Origin: the human T2T-CHM13v2.0 reference genome, Homo sapiens
Assembly (NCBI RefSeq): GCF_009914755.1
Contig: NC_060926.1
Length of the DNA: 64,000 nucleotides
Strand: one strand, 5' to 3'
How positions within the stretch are numbered: the stretch's first letter is position 1; each line of letters begins with the position of its first letter. The notes beneath the pieces were generated by a model. The model did no database searches, had not been told where the DNA came from, and saw only the letters and a program-made list of their open reading frames with translations. Shown here piece after piece: positions 1 through 15,089 of the stretch. The position numbers were made by a program, and so were the translations under genes.

Positions 1-328
1 CACAGATAGTTCTAATGGACAGCATTGGGTCAAATTACTTATGTCTATGCATCTCAACTATTTCCAGTGACAGCAGATCAGTACCAGCTATCACAAGTTA
101 CTGAAGTTACAGACCTTTCAGGGGTAGCAATTATCCATTCCCTTAACCTCAGCCTTCCTCTTCAGAGGCTGGAAATGCTCAAGAGGCTTGGTAAGCTTGC
201 TACAGAACTCTGGCAAGCCCACCATCAAACAGGTGCAGATAGAATTCTACTGGGACCTCCTAGAGAAAGTTTTATTTCCCTCATAAGGGTACTGCACCTT
301 GCTCTTTCTTCATCCCTAAACATAAATA

Positions 329-662
329 TAGTTGGCCCTCTGTACCTGTGGGTTCTGCATCAGTGGATTCAAGCAACCAGAGATCAAAAGTACTGGGGAA
401 AAAATTGCACGTGTACTGAACAGGTATGGACTTTTTTCTTGTCATTATCTCCCAACCAACACAGGGTAACAACGATTTATATAGCATTTACACTATATTA
501 GGTATTGTAAGTAATCTAGAGATGATGGAAAATATACAGGAGGGTGTGCATCAGTTGTATGCAAATACCATGCCATTTCATACCACGGTCTTGACTATCT
601 GTAGATTTTGGTATTCACAAGAGGTCCTGAATCGATTCCCCAGGGATACTGAGGGACAAGTG
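329..662. mobile_element. MER2 (TcMar-Tigger MITE)
   Basis: Colinear with the recalled MER2 consensus (gttggccctctgtacc...gatactgagggacaagtg). Degenerate TIRs and TA on both sides. Confidence 0.85.
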
Positions 663-2047
663 TATTGTGACTGGAGTTGCAGCAGCCATCCTGCAACCAA
701 AAGGCAAATGCGTGAGAATAAAGGTCAACACACCAAATCCAAGAGAATCGAGATAAAGAACCTGCAATTTTGATGGGATCTTTGTGGAGCAAATAAAACT
801 GATACAAGCAATTATTCATCTCTACTTTTCATTAAATGAGAACTTGTGTCCCTACTTGTTTATATGACTATGAAAAGGATTTCTATTAGGAGCAGTCATT
901 TTCTGTTACAATTATTAATTCACAAAAGGGACATTCTGTAAACTAAGTATCCTAAAATCAAAGATAATCATTACATCTAGAACAATCCAACTGGTAATAA
1001 CAATTTATATTTATATTTACTTTCATGTCAAGCCTCACATATATTTAAGCAGATAACATAATCACAAAAAGAATTTGATTGATTTTACCATTATGTAATA
1101 TACGTGTGTGGAAATATATATCCTGCAAATATATAAATTTACATTTTTTAAAAGCATGGTGAGAAATTATAGGTTGAATGGCAATATACTGAAGAGTTTT
1201 AACAAATAGCTTTGGATGTGAGTGTATGGATAAATTTTCTGCTTTAAATGTGTCTTTTAATGGACACATCCTCCTTTTGTGTGTATATATGTGTAGTTTA
1301 TAAACATCCAGAAACATATGTGGATAGATAATTTAACACTCTTTCAGATTTAAACAAAAAGGTATCTGCTAAAACCATGTCGGTAGTTGTTTTCCTGAAA
1401 AGATATTAGAGGTTAATGAAAATATCCTTTTATCCACAAAAATACCATTTGTTCCTAAAATCCCACCATAAGAGATACTTCTAGCTTAAGCAACACAGGA
1501 GTTTTGAAGCCTGTGAAAAATACAGTTCTCTCTGAGGAGAGAACATATTCCTTGTTGGTTCTCTACATGACCTGGTGTGAGAAATATACCTTATCTCAAA
1601 GAAATGCCTTTGAGATATGGAAGGCTGTGGCTTGGAGTCTCATCAAATTAGATAATGGAGACACGGTCTGCTGACTTCCCTTTCCAACCCAGTCCCAATG
1701 TCATCTAGGACAGCTTGGAGCTATCACTAAGTCTATGTGTGCAGTAAAGACTGTGACTTTTAGTGGGAGCTGAGTAACAATTTGTGAGTAAGTGAATGAA
1801 GGAATAAATGACCGGCAATAAAGTCCACCCTTGGCTCTAGAGCACACACTTTCTCCAGCAGTACCACCTTCTCTCAGAATGTTGCCAGCAACCTCACCTT
1901 GAAGCTACTGTGGCCTCCCAAACTCCACATTGCAATGCATTTTTTTGATGCCATACATCATGTTTATTTTCACTCCAACTTGTAACTGGATTGCAATTGG
2001 ATGTTCTTGCATTGCCCCCCAAAAATAAAATGTTTAAAAGCAATGTT

Positions 2048-2280
2048 CTAGGAGTTCAAGATAAGCCTGGGCAACAAGACGAAACCGCATCTCTACAAAA
2101 AAATATATGAAAAATTAGCCAGGTATGGTGGTGCATGCCTGTAGTTCCAGCTACCTGGAATGCTGAGTGGAAGGATCGCCTGAGCCCAGGAAGTTGAGGC
2201 TGCAGTGAGCTGTGATTGTGCTACTGCACTCCAGCCTGAACAACAGAATGAGACCCTGTCTCAGAAAAATAAAAATAAAG
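2048..2280 (+). mobile_element. 5'-truncated AluJ
   Basis: End of left arm, full right arm and A-rich tail. Flanked by TSD aaagcaatgtt (2037-2047 and 2277-2287). Confidence 0.88.
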
Positions 2281-4119
2281 CAATGTTAATAGTGATTTTA
2301 AACACTGTTATATAACTTTCCTTATATCAAAATGTTCTACCATACAGACAACTCAAATGTCAGAAATCCACAGGCTTTCAGATGGTTCTGTCTCTCATCT
2401 CCCACCCGTCTTCTCCCTTTCCTGGTGGAGCTGGGTTTCACCTACAAAATTTCAAAAGTAAGAAGTCCTCTTTGCTTCATGTACCCTACATCATCACATG
2501 TTGATTCTACAAAGAGGACATTTGAACTTGGCTTTAGAGCAGATGTTTTATTCAATAACTTGACTCAGGTGATCTATTAAGTTTTATTTAGTTCTTCTAT
2601 TTGCACATATGGTCCATATTAAGACTATTACAAAGACACAAGGCATGCTGGGAGAGAGCTCTGCTAAGACTTTATGAAGTAAAACAACTGTCCCAGTTTG
2701 ATATTTTTCCTGACATTTTAATCCATTGCTTATACACTTCTCTAATTGTAATGTTTAACCTTGGCCTGGGAAAGGGGGCCAATCTAAAAGAGAGTAATTG
2801 TTTCTAATATGTTGTCAAGAAGTTTTTAGCTGTATTCATGGGTAAATAAAGGTGTTCAGAACTGTAATTTGGTGCCAAAAGCAGATACCATATTGCACTT
2901 CACCATTAGAAAGAAAGAAGCGAGAGAGAAAGAAAGAGAGGGAGAGACAGAGACTGACTGAATAGAATAATAAACTTTGGTCAGTGAAGCCAGGACCACT
3001 AAGGTTTTAAAGTGCTGAGATTCTTTGGTAAGTTTTGCAATATGAGCCCTTCTTGGCCCTTATGCACACTCAGATTAAACACCACTCAGATCCAAAGCTT
3101 GTTTATCTCTTTTACAACTGGAAGTTCTTCTGTGAATAACTCCTATAAGCCTCTTTGGTATAAAGCCCCCTTAAGTCATCTGCTTTGTCAGCTATAGGAT
3201 TTTCAACATTTGTTTCATAAGTGTGGACCCTAATGGGATTTAAATCAAAAGAGGAATTTACTGCCGCCTTTGGGTCTTTGTAGTACCAGCTTGTGAAGCT
3301 TTGTCTGAGTTACTGGGAATGAAAAAGAAGTTAGTTTTTTAATTTTACATATCAAATCACAGTCTACTTTTCAAAATACAGCACACTATAATTTCCAAAG
3401 GGACATATTTTATACACACACACACATATGTATATAATGTTTATAGAGTATATATACTTGTTTGTGTATATATAAACACAATATAAAATATAGAATATAA
3501 GTATAGAAAATATATTACTCATTTCTCTTGATTTGTTTCTTTATTTAACACTAAACAGTATTTATTAAATGTAAAAGTTTCCACAATACCTCCTAAGAAG
3601 ACAATTACAGAAATCAGTCAACTCCTCTTACTTTTTTAATGGCAAGGCATGTCCAGCCATGAAGCAACCACAGCCACATGAGCTGCTAAGTTCTCGCCCC
3701 AGCCAGTGTCCCAGCTGAAGCCTAACCGCCCAGGGCCAGGAACAGTGGCCAACACATCTGTGCTTCAGCCCGCCTCTGTCCACCTGGAGATGGGATTAGA
3801 GGCCACCAAGATCTCAGAAAACACTCACAGCTCACTAGCAGCCAATGCAATCCATGAGGTCAACTCAGGTGCAGATTAGGTCTAGTCAAGTAAAGCACAC
3901 AGCCCCTCATCCAGTGAACTCAAACCCAAGCTGTCCCTTTAGTCTATGGGGGATTCATCCAAGCACCACAATTGGGCTTCTATAGTAATTTTCACAGTCA
4001 ATTTCCCCATCCCCTTTGAAGCAGATCCCTTTGCACATAAAGTTATTCTGGGAATCTACCATCACATGACTATGTCACAGAAACAATGTCTCCCACTTAC
4101 TTAATATCAAGCAGTAACA

Positions 4120-4285
4120 GGCATTTAACGTGTGCTCTCTCTAATCCTTCAAGGCAAGTACTATCAGCCCCATTTTACAAGTGACGACGATAGAGCCCAG
4201 GCACTCTGAGACATCTGTCCAAGATCACTCCACTGATACAGTAGCAGACTCAAGGCTAAAACCAAATGTGTGTGGCTTTGGAGTC
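4120..4285 (-). mobile_element. MIR
   Basis: MIR core-like ccccattttacaagtga...gtccaagatcac; diverged. Confidence 0.6.
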
Positions 4286-4552
4286 ACTTGGAGCTACTTC
4301 AGAAGAACAGAAGAACACTCTCTCAGCTATGCTGGAGTTCCCAAACTTTGGTCAGTTCTCTCCCATAATCAGGTTTCTGTCATTCATGTTGCCATGGATG
4401 TGTCTCAATAGTCCAGATGTGTGATGGCATTTTACCAAACCTACTTCCCACTCCTCTTCTTTTACCTCCTTGTCTTAATCTGTTTGTGCTGCTATAATGA
4501 AATACCACAGAGTAGATAATTTATAAAAAAAAACAGAAATTGATTTTCTCAC

Positions 4553-4681
4553 CGTTCCGGAGGCTAGGAAGATCATGATCAAGGTGCGGGCTTGTTTGAT
4601 TGTCTTGTGAGAGCTGCAGCACTTGGAAGGAAGGAATGCTGTGTCCTCACACAGTGGAAGGCTAAGGGGCAGGCTGAACAT
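4553..4681 (-). CDS. PID1: PID1 alternative N-terminal coding segment (MFSLPLSLPLCEDTAFLPSKCCSSHKTIKQARTLIMIFLASGT, 43 aa) within an MST/MLT1A-like LTR
   Basis: ATG at 4681, open frame to ACG|GTGAGA donor (GT at 4552-4551), phase 0. Matches the recalled N-terminus of the long PID1/NYGGF4 isoform. The 5' boundary is not determined. Confidence 0.78.
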
Positions 4682-4768
4682 GGCACGAAGCCTCTTGTAC
4701 AAGGCTTTTCATTCCATTCAAGAGGGGAGGAGCCCTGATGACTTAACCACCTCTTAAAGGTCCCTCTT

Positions 4769-5120
<352 letters not shown>

Positions 5121-5275
5121 TCAACATCTGAATTTTGGAGGGGACACATTTAAACTATAGCACTCCTCAACCACGTATGCAGAGAAGGAAATCAGAGATA
5201 GGAAGATAATGTCACCTAACGTTCCTCTCCCTTTTCCAACCTCACCCATCTCCACTCAACAAAATCACATCAATT

Positions 5276-5465
5276 TGTGTGTGTGTGTATGCATGTGTGT
5301 GCTATGTATGTATACATACATATATATATATACACACATTCCAATATGATGCATTGTTGTTAATAATGTTTGTTGACTGACCAAAAATGGATATATATAC
5401 ACACACACACATAAATATATATATATATATATATATATTTACATGCATGTGTATGTGTGTGTGTA
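5276..5465. repeat. Compound (TG)n/(TA)n/(CA)n microsatellite with a unique 50-bp core
   Basis: Directly visible dinucleotide runs flanking 5340-5390. Confidence 0.85.
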
Positions 5466-5996
5466 TTCACACTTATAGGAAAGAAACTGCCGAAGAAAGT
5501 ATATGAGATATGAAATGCAAACTAAAGCAACAGAAAGTCACTCCGAGTTGAGACTGGAGGATGTGTTTCTCAAGTCTGCTTTTCCATATCATAGTATGGC
5601 CACTAAAACAAGTGAACAAGTGTGTGTTCCATTTCTCAATAAAGCAGAGCTGTAAACTGTTCAATGGGAAGTGCCAAGAGACTCTTATTAGCAGAAAGCG
5701 CAAGAGGAGAAGGCAGCGGATGTTTTCATAAATCACATAAATTCCTTAGTTTAATTTTTTTAAATAAGATCTTTGTTAGAAAATAAAAAATCAGAATGGT
5801 TAAAATTGCCTTACGTCTTTCATAATATAATATGAATTATTCAAATTGGATTACTTGTTCAAAGCTGGAGAGGTTTTAGATGTGCAAAGAGAACAACAGG
5901 ATAGGAATAATATATTTTGTAATATGAGAACATTTAGAAGCTAAAGGCCAGCTGGCATGTCATCATAAGGTCTTTTGAACTACTTAATAGTTCTAG

Positions 5997-6486
<490 letters not shown>

Positions 6487-6489
6487 TAG

Positions 6490-6780
6490 CCAGTCAATCA
6501 ACAAACATTTATTATTTACAACAATGCATCATGTTAGGATAGGCACAAAAATATCCTTAGTCTCAAGAAGCATATGACTTGGAAGGCTAAGACGTACAGA
6601 AAATACCCAGAAAATAATGTATAATCCCTGACAAATGTGTTGAACACCATATGCCAAAGATGATCAAAGCTGTGGGGAAAGGCCAGCATGTTGACCAGAG
6701 TAGCCAGCGCTTCATGAAAGGTTATGTCTTGAACTTAACTTTGAAAAATGAAGAGGAATTAGAGACATTGAGCCAAAACA
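6490..6780 (-). mobile_element. L2 3' fragment
   Basis: cagtcaatcaacaaacatttatt resembles the L2 3' terminus, followed by L2-like sequence. Confidence 0.55.
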
Positions 6781-6844
6781 GAGAAGACAAATAAAACCTA
6801 AAACCATGGAGGGCCCTGAAAGAAATACAAAAAGAAGATCAGCT

Positions 6845-7268
6845 AGACTTCAGGTATAGGATTTAAAGCTGGTCAATTAAAGTTGTTAATTCCTTAAAGT
6901 ATGGGCATTATAGTGGGTTAGCCAGGTGGGTCCAGTGTAATTCAAGGGTCTTTTAAATGTAGAAGAGGGAAAAGACAAGTCAGTCTCATAGTGATGCCAT
7001 GTGAGACAGATGCAAGTGCCTTTGAATACAGAAAGGGGCCACAAGCCTAGGAATGTGAGCAGGGAAACTTCTGGTAGCTTAAAAAGGCAAGAAAACAGCA
7101 TCTTCCCTAGGCCTCCAGAAGTAACTCAGCCCTAACAACACCTTGATTTCAGCCCAGTAAGATCCATTTGGGGCTTCTGACTTCAAAATCAGTAAAATCA
7201 TAAATCTGTATCATTTTAAGCCAATAAATGTGTGATAATTTATTAGAGCAGTAAGGGAAACTAATGTA
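6845..7268 (+). mobile_element. MLT1D-like MaLR LTR
   Basis: ggggccacaagcctaggaatg, aaaggcaagaaaacag, ccttgatttcagcccagt, and the 3' end gcagtaagggaaactaatgta. Confidence 0.8.
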
Positions 7269-9411
7269 TGGAATGTTCTCAAATTTCAGGTATTAGGGTG
7301 AGAATGGGGGGCCATTTGCCTACTAGAAATATACCCATCTCTTTAACTGAAGAGAAAGCTAACAGGAGGTTAGGTAAGTAAGTAGTAGGTAAGTCTGGAG
7401 TTTCTGATAGCCACTGACCATCAAACAAGGACCTATTTTGAAAGACCATGGCGTTTTCAGAGCACCTAGCATGGTGCCTGATGCTAAATATTAAATATAA
7501 AAACTCCCTTCATAAATATTAATAGCAATTCTTACATCATTAGTGACTACAAGTCCAGTTTTCTAAATCCTGGTAATCAAATGCATCATGCTTTATTTTG
7601 AGTACTGAAATAACAGTTGTGATACTATTATCTCAGCCTCTGATCAACAGCTTTTTGTCCCCTTTCTTGTCCCTCTCCAGTGTTTCCTCCTCTCTCCCAC
7701 CCTCTCTCTAGGCTTCTCTGCTCCTCTTCACCACTCAGTTCCTACAAGTACAGCTCTCTCCCTCCAGCCCCTCAAAAGCCATCAAAAGTTTGACCCCTGT
7801 GGCGGGAGGAGCTCTCAGAAGCAGTGAGTCTCTCCACTGGAGAAAAGGAAAAGTAAGGCAGATTCAGGAGGAGAAATCAATCAAAACCACAGCTACTCTA
7901 CTCAGAGCCTGAGGCAGAGCAGAGGAGCTGCCCACAGGCTGTGGTCCTGAAAGTTTGCACTCAAGGGAGCAAAACAGCAGGAAGAGTCTGAAGTCTGTTG
8001 ACTAAGACCTCAGAAGGTGGTGACTTCCAAGGAGACACGAGAAAGGGAAAGGACACAAGAGAGCGAATGGTAACTAGATGGGTGATTTGCAATATGTTTA
8101 TGTGTTTTTTTTTTCTATTAGAAATCTGTTTAAGATTTATTTTCATTTATTTTTCCTGACTTTTGAACTACTTCTTTCTAGAAACACTAAAATTAATCCT
8201 TGAAATAGTCACTGGAACGCTGGCACCAACACTGTCCTCCACTGTTGCAATCACTGACAAGTATTATCGTTGTTCTTGAGCAAGGAAAGGGTGAGCTCAT
8301 GCAGTGACATTGTGGTCCTATTAGTTACTTCAAATGGATGGGCTGGAGAGATGAGAGATTAAAATCATTCCAAGAAACTGGCTAATCGGCATTCCAGTCT
8401 GAAGCAAGAAGAAACGCCAGCCAAACAGACCTCCATGGAAAGAGATTCAACATGATGGCTTCCAGGCATCTCAGGACGGGGGGCCAGGCAGGAGGGAATA
8501 AAAAAGACCTATGGCCAGCTGGACGCAAAAAGCAGCTTGTGGCAAAGTTGGCAAAACATATGAAGACATTTATTCTTCAGTAGTTCTTCAATGGAGTGGA
8601 AAACCAAAGCCTGTATTTTGAAGAAAGGGGTATGAATATTATCTTGGAACAAGATTCCCTGAGATGTGAGGCAGCACATCACCTGAAGATGATCTGTTGA
8701 GGCTCGATGAGCATACAAGTCTACCAACGACTTACTCTATGACCATATTAGCAATGGTTTTTGGCTTTTGAAAAAAACATGTTACCTTTAGACAGTCACC
8801 CATGGGGTCAATTCAGGTACAAACTTTTAAGAAAGAGGCCCTCTTTTAAGCACAGAAGTCTCCTTAACATAAACTCACCCCCAAAGAAAAGTGAGGAACA
8901 GAAGGAAGAAGAGGGAGGAACAGGGGCCACCTCACGATGGCAGGTCAAAAAACTTGCAAGAGATTTGGAGAGTTAGGCATCCCTTTCCAGATAGAGTGGT
9001 CAGTCGCAGCTTCACAAAGACGGTTCTCCCACTTTAAAGGAGCAAAGCCACCTTCTTCTGAGAAGGTCACCGTTTTCTGCTGGGAATGAAATTTCAGGAG
9101 GGACTTTCCTGAAATGGTAAAGGAGAAAGGAGCAGCCCAGTCTGGACAGTCAGAACAACTGAATAAACCCTGGTTATCAGTGGGGAAAGAGGCTGTCACC
9201 AGGTCATTTTCACATCTTACAAAGGAATCTTCAAGGAAGAGCAGAGAGATAGCAGATAAGAAAGCATGCAAAGGTGGAGAGCATAACTTGAGGAAAAATG
9301 AAGAAGAAGAAAGCAGGCGACTATCACCAGGTAGAAGGAAGAGGCCAGGAGGGTGATGTGGAAGATGATGGGTTACAGAAGACAGATAAAGCCACAGTAA
9401 TTATCACAGAG

Positions 9412-9582
9412 CAGGGTAGGCAAACTATACCCAGTTCCAAACCAGCACAATACCTCTTTATATATTAAAGGTTTATGTAAATGCAGCCACACTCACTTGC
9501 TCATGTGTTGTTTATAGATAGCTATTTCATACTACAACATCAGGGTAGTGTGTCCCGCAAAGCCTAGCATGCGGCCTTCTCC

Positions 9583-9633
<51 letters not shown>

Positions 9634-9640
9634 ACTTCTA
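9412..9640. mobile_element. MER58A-like hAT-Charlie MITE
   Basis: cagggtaggcaaacta...gcagccacactcacttg...cccgcaaagccta; a CA repeat has expanded near its end. Confidence 0.65.
9586..9631. repeat. (CA)n microsatellite, about 22 units
   Basis: Perfect CA run. Confidence 0.97.
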
Positions 9641-11714
9641 ATATAGATGAGGATCTAAGTATTTTGGAAATCTTGTAAAATATTACTCCATATTAAGAAA
9701 TTAAAACAAACAGAGGAACTACATGATAGATCATGAGTAATCAAGAAAATTACCCATTTTGGGAGCTAGGAATTCTTTTTGCATCCAGAGAATAACAATA
9801 GAAACCCAAACTAAACTTTATTCTTTCTGTGAATATGTTCAAGGAATTAGGAAAAAATATGCAGTCACCAACACCTGTCAGTGTTGTAGAATGAGGCAGT
9901 CAACACATAAAAAGATATCTACAGTTATGAATTACTTTGGTGGACAAGAGAAGCAAACAAATGTTATGTGAACATCTCCACTTACAATTTTCAGTCATTC
10001 AAGCGTATCCCCTATAAATATTGCCACACCAAACTGACCTAACAAGCATTATTCTCTAGAGAGAACACTGTTTTGATGGAAGAGATAGCAATTGTTTGCA
10101 CAAAAATCACCTTGTACAACAGAAAAAAAAAGGTTTTTTAATCTCTGCCAAGTGCAAAGCTGTTCACTTGCTTCTAATTATAAGTGGTGTGAGAAAAGGG
10201 AAAGGGACCTAGGTAGAGAAGGAGATGAAGGAGAAACATTCTAAATAGGTGTTTTGCTTAAAATTGAAGGCTATCCTAACATAAATAAGAAATTGGAGTA
10301 AAAGTGACATTTCTTAAATATCTATACATTTTCATGTCCTTTACCCGCCCCATACACACAAGCACGTATAAATACTTATTTGAATTCTGATATCAGAATG
10401 ACTGATAAATTCTCAATTATTGAAGCAAACCATGGAAAGGAAGTCTATGGAATTACTAACACTGGAGTTAATTTATACTGACACTGGAATTAATTTACAC
10501 AGACACATAACAAAATTAATCATTCCAATTTTAATTAATGTTCTTCTTTTACTCTCCTCTACTAAATGAAATCTACATGGTAGAAAAAGTGGAGCTAGTA
10601 TCAAACTAATTAGTAACTCTGAAGGTTACTTTAAGTTTTCACTTTTATGTTAAAATATGACCCCATTAAGTTTCAATTTAGATAGTTCCTTTCCATTTAA
10701 TATGAATTGCCTTACTTCTTTAAAACATTATATTTCCTTGGTGGTCAAGAAAATAAATATATCTTGGAGTGCAAATGAATCCCTCAATTGTCATGAGTGG
10801 AATTGGAAAGCCTGCCTCTAATCATCCAACAAAGTTTTTTAAAGGGGTTGGGTTGGAGACCATAACTCAGTGGGATAAAGACTTCATTCGAGCATGAATT
10901 GCTCTCAAAATCATCCAACTTTATACTATATTCGCAGTTTAAAATGCCAAACCATATCATCGCTCAGTTGATCTTGGAAAGTTTCAAAAACCGCAGGCCA
11001 GAGCCCAAAGATAAATTGGTCAGTGAATTCACTACTTCCAGAAAGAGAGAAACTTTTGAAAGAAAAGAGGCCATAGTGGCTCTAGCAGCGCAATCGATTA
11101 GCGTACAGTACTTATAAGAAAAGAGGCCATAAACATTTGTTTGCCTTACGAATAAAGTACAGCATTCCCTCTCCTTGATCAAGGTAGCTTTGGCTACTAG
11201 TTTGGGAGGTGGGATAGTCTACAAATGAGTAAGAAAGGCCAGAGTTAATCTACAAAGACATGAACTTTCACTCCACCTCTTGCATTTTTAAAAAGAAACG
11301 AGTAAGTCTCTGGCCTCACAGGGAAGACATGGGCAGGGATAAGAGGAGACAGGCATTACCAGGCATCTCAGAGAGCATTACCAAGTGGGCTGCAGCATGG
11401 GTGCTAGTATTGGTCAAACCAGCATCATCATCAAGGCTCCACTACTAAACACCTTGACTTTGGCTACCTTCTTTCCTAAACCTGTTTCCTCACAGTAACA
11501 CAGCAATAGCATTAGTAATGACCTCAAGAATATTGTAAAGATATTACCACTAATTATTGTTACTATTTAAAATACATCACTTAATTTGAAAAGTGGTTTA
11601 TTCAACACCCCGCTACTATCACCACCAAGAACTCTTAGATTCTGCTTTACCTTTGTTGTCAAATAACCAAAAGGATGAGAAAAAAATGATTTAAGTTTTT
11701 TCTTACTATAGAGA

Positions 11715-11899
11715 ACAAGTTCTCAAACTTCATAGAGCCTCAGAATCTCTGGGAAAGCTTGTTAAAGCACAGATTGCTGGGCTGCACTCCCAGAGTTTCA
11801 GATTTAGTAAGCTAGCGGGAGGGGCCAAGAATTTGCATTTATTACAAGTTTCCAAGTGACAGATGCTGAAGAACTGAGGACCAATTAGAGAACCACTGC
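11715..11899. mobile_element. MER5A (hAT-Charlie)
   Basis: gttctcaaactt...cttgttaaagcacagattgctgggc...aagaatttgcattt...gagaaccactg. Confidence 0.85.
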
Positions 11900-13064
11900 T
11901 GTAGAAGAAGTTTATAGTCATTGGTTGGAAGCCTTTGGTTGAGAGGGAAAAGAGACTGAGACTCACAAATTCCTGGAGGAAACGAGTAAGGGAAAAACAC
12001 AGAGAGAGGAATGCCCACCTTGCCCTTTACAGCCACAGACAAGAAGACAAAGCCGAACCCCCCGTGTCAATCAACACTAATGCGGTGGGAGCCTGAGAGC
12101 CTCAATGTTGGCTATGTAGAGATTTCAAACTCTGCTGTGGAAAGGAAATATGTTAGACATCTAGGGGGTTATGACTAGATTTAGGAATAGGGGATGGAAA
12201 GAAAAAAATTTCACAATAAACCTTTTAAATGATGATCTCTTAAGCTCCATTTTCTAATATATTCAAAGAGAAGGTCATGTTCAGAGCAGCGATGAAATTT
12301 AAGTCACTAATCCTTCACTGAATTATTTCAAGACATTGAAATTTTATTTTAATTAGATGGCTTAAGTCATTTACAATGTAATTCTGGACTACTTTTACAA
12401 CTTGCTTTTGGTAGCATTAATTTGTAACACTCATGTATAAACTACATGTAAGAGTACACATAAATACTCACAAGACAGAGGCGTAAAAGATAATGATTTT
12501 ATTGTAATCCAATTCAACCTATATTCCTGGCACTATTATACTCATAAAATATGCATTGAAAACTCTAGGTGGGAGTTCTATTTTCATCTATATCTAAATA
12601 GTCCAACAAGGCAAGACTGAACCATTAGGCCTGCTGGAAAGTATGTCACCTGGCAACAGCCCAAAGCCATTCAACTCTGAAAGTGTTATTAGAAGAAAGA
12701 AAAGTCAATGTAGGTAAAACGTCACATTTTCATTATTACAGATGCAAACAGATACATTGCTAATTATTTTCCAAAATCACTTCATCCTGGCAATATCATG
12801 AAAATAAAAATGAAGAATAAATATCAAATTCCATTCCCGAAGCTTAGTATTTCCAGACGTGTTTTACAAATAAAATGAATCCCCTGAGACATTCTGTGAA
12901 TAAAGGATTTATGGTCAAAAAAAAAACTTGGATATCAGTGAATGTGACATCCTCTTCTTAGAACTTCTCTATTACTGAGAAGTCATACAGTACAGAAATC
13001 TACTTAGCTTTGTGTAACTCAGAGGTTCCCAAACCAAGTAAGCAAAACATCTTGTTTTCATGTC

Positions 13065-14040
13065 CATGGTGTATCTCTCCTGGATATAGAGTTCTGGGTT
13101 GACAGATTGCTCTTTTCTTTCACCACTTAAAACAAGTCATTCCCATTGCCTCCTCCTTTCCATTATTTCTGATAAGTTAGTGAATATTCATCATTGCTGT
13201 GTATATAATGGACTGTTTTTCTCACTGTTGTCATGATTACCTCATTGCTTTGACTTTCAGCATTTTGACTATGATTTGCCTAAAAAACAAAAGTGTAGTT
13301 TTCTTTAGATGTCTCCCACTTATGGTTTGCAAAGGTTCTTGAATCAAGTTAATATTTTTCACCAAATTTGGGAAATTTTTATCCATTATTTGTTAAAATA
13401 TTGTTTCATGTGCCAGTCTTTTTCTTGTCTCTTTCTGGGACTGCAATCACATGTATCTTATATTGCTTGATGTGTCCCATATGGGGCTCTGTTAATTCTT
13501 TTTATTTCTTCTACATTGTTCAACTGGAGTAATATCTATTGATCCATTTTCACATTCACTGGCCTTTTCTTCTTTCTTCTTCAATTTGCTGTCAGGCCCA
13601 TATTGCAAAATTTTCTATTTTAGATATTTTACTTTTCAATTCCAGAGTTTCTATCTGGCCCTTTTGTAAACTTTTCATTACTCATTTGAGATTTTCCATT
13701 TGTTCACTCCTTATGACAAAATCCTTAGTTCCTCTAACAAATTAATAGTAGCTGTTTTAAAGCATTTGCTATTCCCACAGCTGTGTCTTCTTAGGGTCTA
13801 TTTTTATTGACTCCTTTTTCTCTTGTTTATGTTTCATTTTCCTGCCAGAATTTTTTTAGTTTACACTGACCATAGTGGATGACACATTTTAGGACTCTGT
13901 ATTCTGTTCTCATTCTGCAATAACAGGACTATTGATTTGTGTTTTAAAAAGCAGTTAAATTACTGGCTAATCACCTTTAACATGTGGAGGCTTGACTTTT
14001 ACAGTTTGGTAGGCTAGGTCTGTTTCCATTTTGCCCTCAG
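13065..14040 (-). mobile_element. Old L1M fragment (5'/ORF1 region)
   Basis: T-rich antisense L1M-like motifs (ggatatagagttctgggttgacag, caccaaatttgggaaattttt); no intact ORF. Confidence 0.7.
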
Positions 14041-14614
14041 TCCAACAGAAAAATTTATTTTACCCAGAAAAGCCTATAAAACACTATTAACCTAGCCACA
14101 GAAATCTGATTGTTGCACAAATAAAACAGAATGAAAAAGTATTCTTTATGAGAGCACAGGTTTTTAAGAGGTCCAATTCTTTCTTTATAATTCTGAAAGC
14201 TACTCAAACTATATCCTTTCCTGAAAAGTTAGTGAGTTATTAGGTAGTACAAATTCTCAGCATTGTAAATCAAGCTTTATTTTCCCCCATATGGTCAGAA
14301 AAGTTATAATAATCAACCTAGATCACCAAATAAGAAGCAAAGCACCTAACCACTTCTCTGCTGAAGTTAAAATAGAATCTTTTCATTTTTTCACCTGCTT
14401 TCTTACAAAAGTTACCTTTTTTCAAAACTCACATATAACAAAATGCTTACATATAATACAGAACTGTCTTGCTCCCATCTTCACCACTTTTGACAAATTC
14501 ATAAACCTCTATAAGTACCCTTTTTCTCCCTTGTAAAATACTAGTAACTAGTAACTAGTAACACAGTACCTCTTAAGCACAGCATCAGGTACAGAGCTAT
14601 CACTCAGTAAATCA

Positions 14615-14777
14615 GTGTTTTTGTTTTTGTTTTTGTTTTTGTTTTTGTTTTTGAGATGGGATCTCACTACATCATTATTTCACCCAGGCTTTTCTCAAGC
14701 TCCTGAAACTCAAATGATCCTCTGGCCTTGGCCTTCCAAGTAGCTGAGATTACAGGTGGGAGCCACCATGCCTGGCT
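14615..14777 (-). mobile_element. FLAM / Alu monomer with (GTTTTT)n tail
   Basis: Single Alu arm ending gagccaccatgcctggct; agtaaat present on both sides. Confidence 0.8.
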
Positions 14778-15089
14778 AGTAAATAGCTATTTTTAAAGTC
14801 AGAGACCTCTACCTCTAGATCATGAGGTGGAAAAATATTTAATCCAACAACTAAAATAGAGTTTTCCTGTTCTGCCTAATTAGAGGCCAGCTAAAATCAA
14901 AACTCACAGCACTTGCTATGACTCAGCTCACTCCATATAATAAGAACTGCATGTCCACAAGCTAAAATATAGCTTAGTTATAGGTCCAAAAGAAAAACCC
15001 GTGATTCTACACCCACCCTATCCCACTGCCACCTGAAATATGCTGCTTCGACTGGTAAAACTGGCTGACTCCATATCTGGCCTCATGCT

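Noticed and set aside
25-773. 158-aa and 115-aa ORFs
   Set aside because: They start at non-ATG or weak starts, run through a MER2 element, are antisense to PID1 and show no recognisable domain.
8509-9356. Purine-rich ORF cluster that might be a processed pseudogene
   Set aside because: No recognisable protein similarity, poly(A) or TSD; short ORFs in different frames.
10459-10506. 22-bp tandem duplication (also a 21-bp one at 27292-27333 and a 7-mer triplet at 14541-14561)
   Set aside because: Real but ordinary slippage duplications, with nothing suggesting function.
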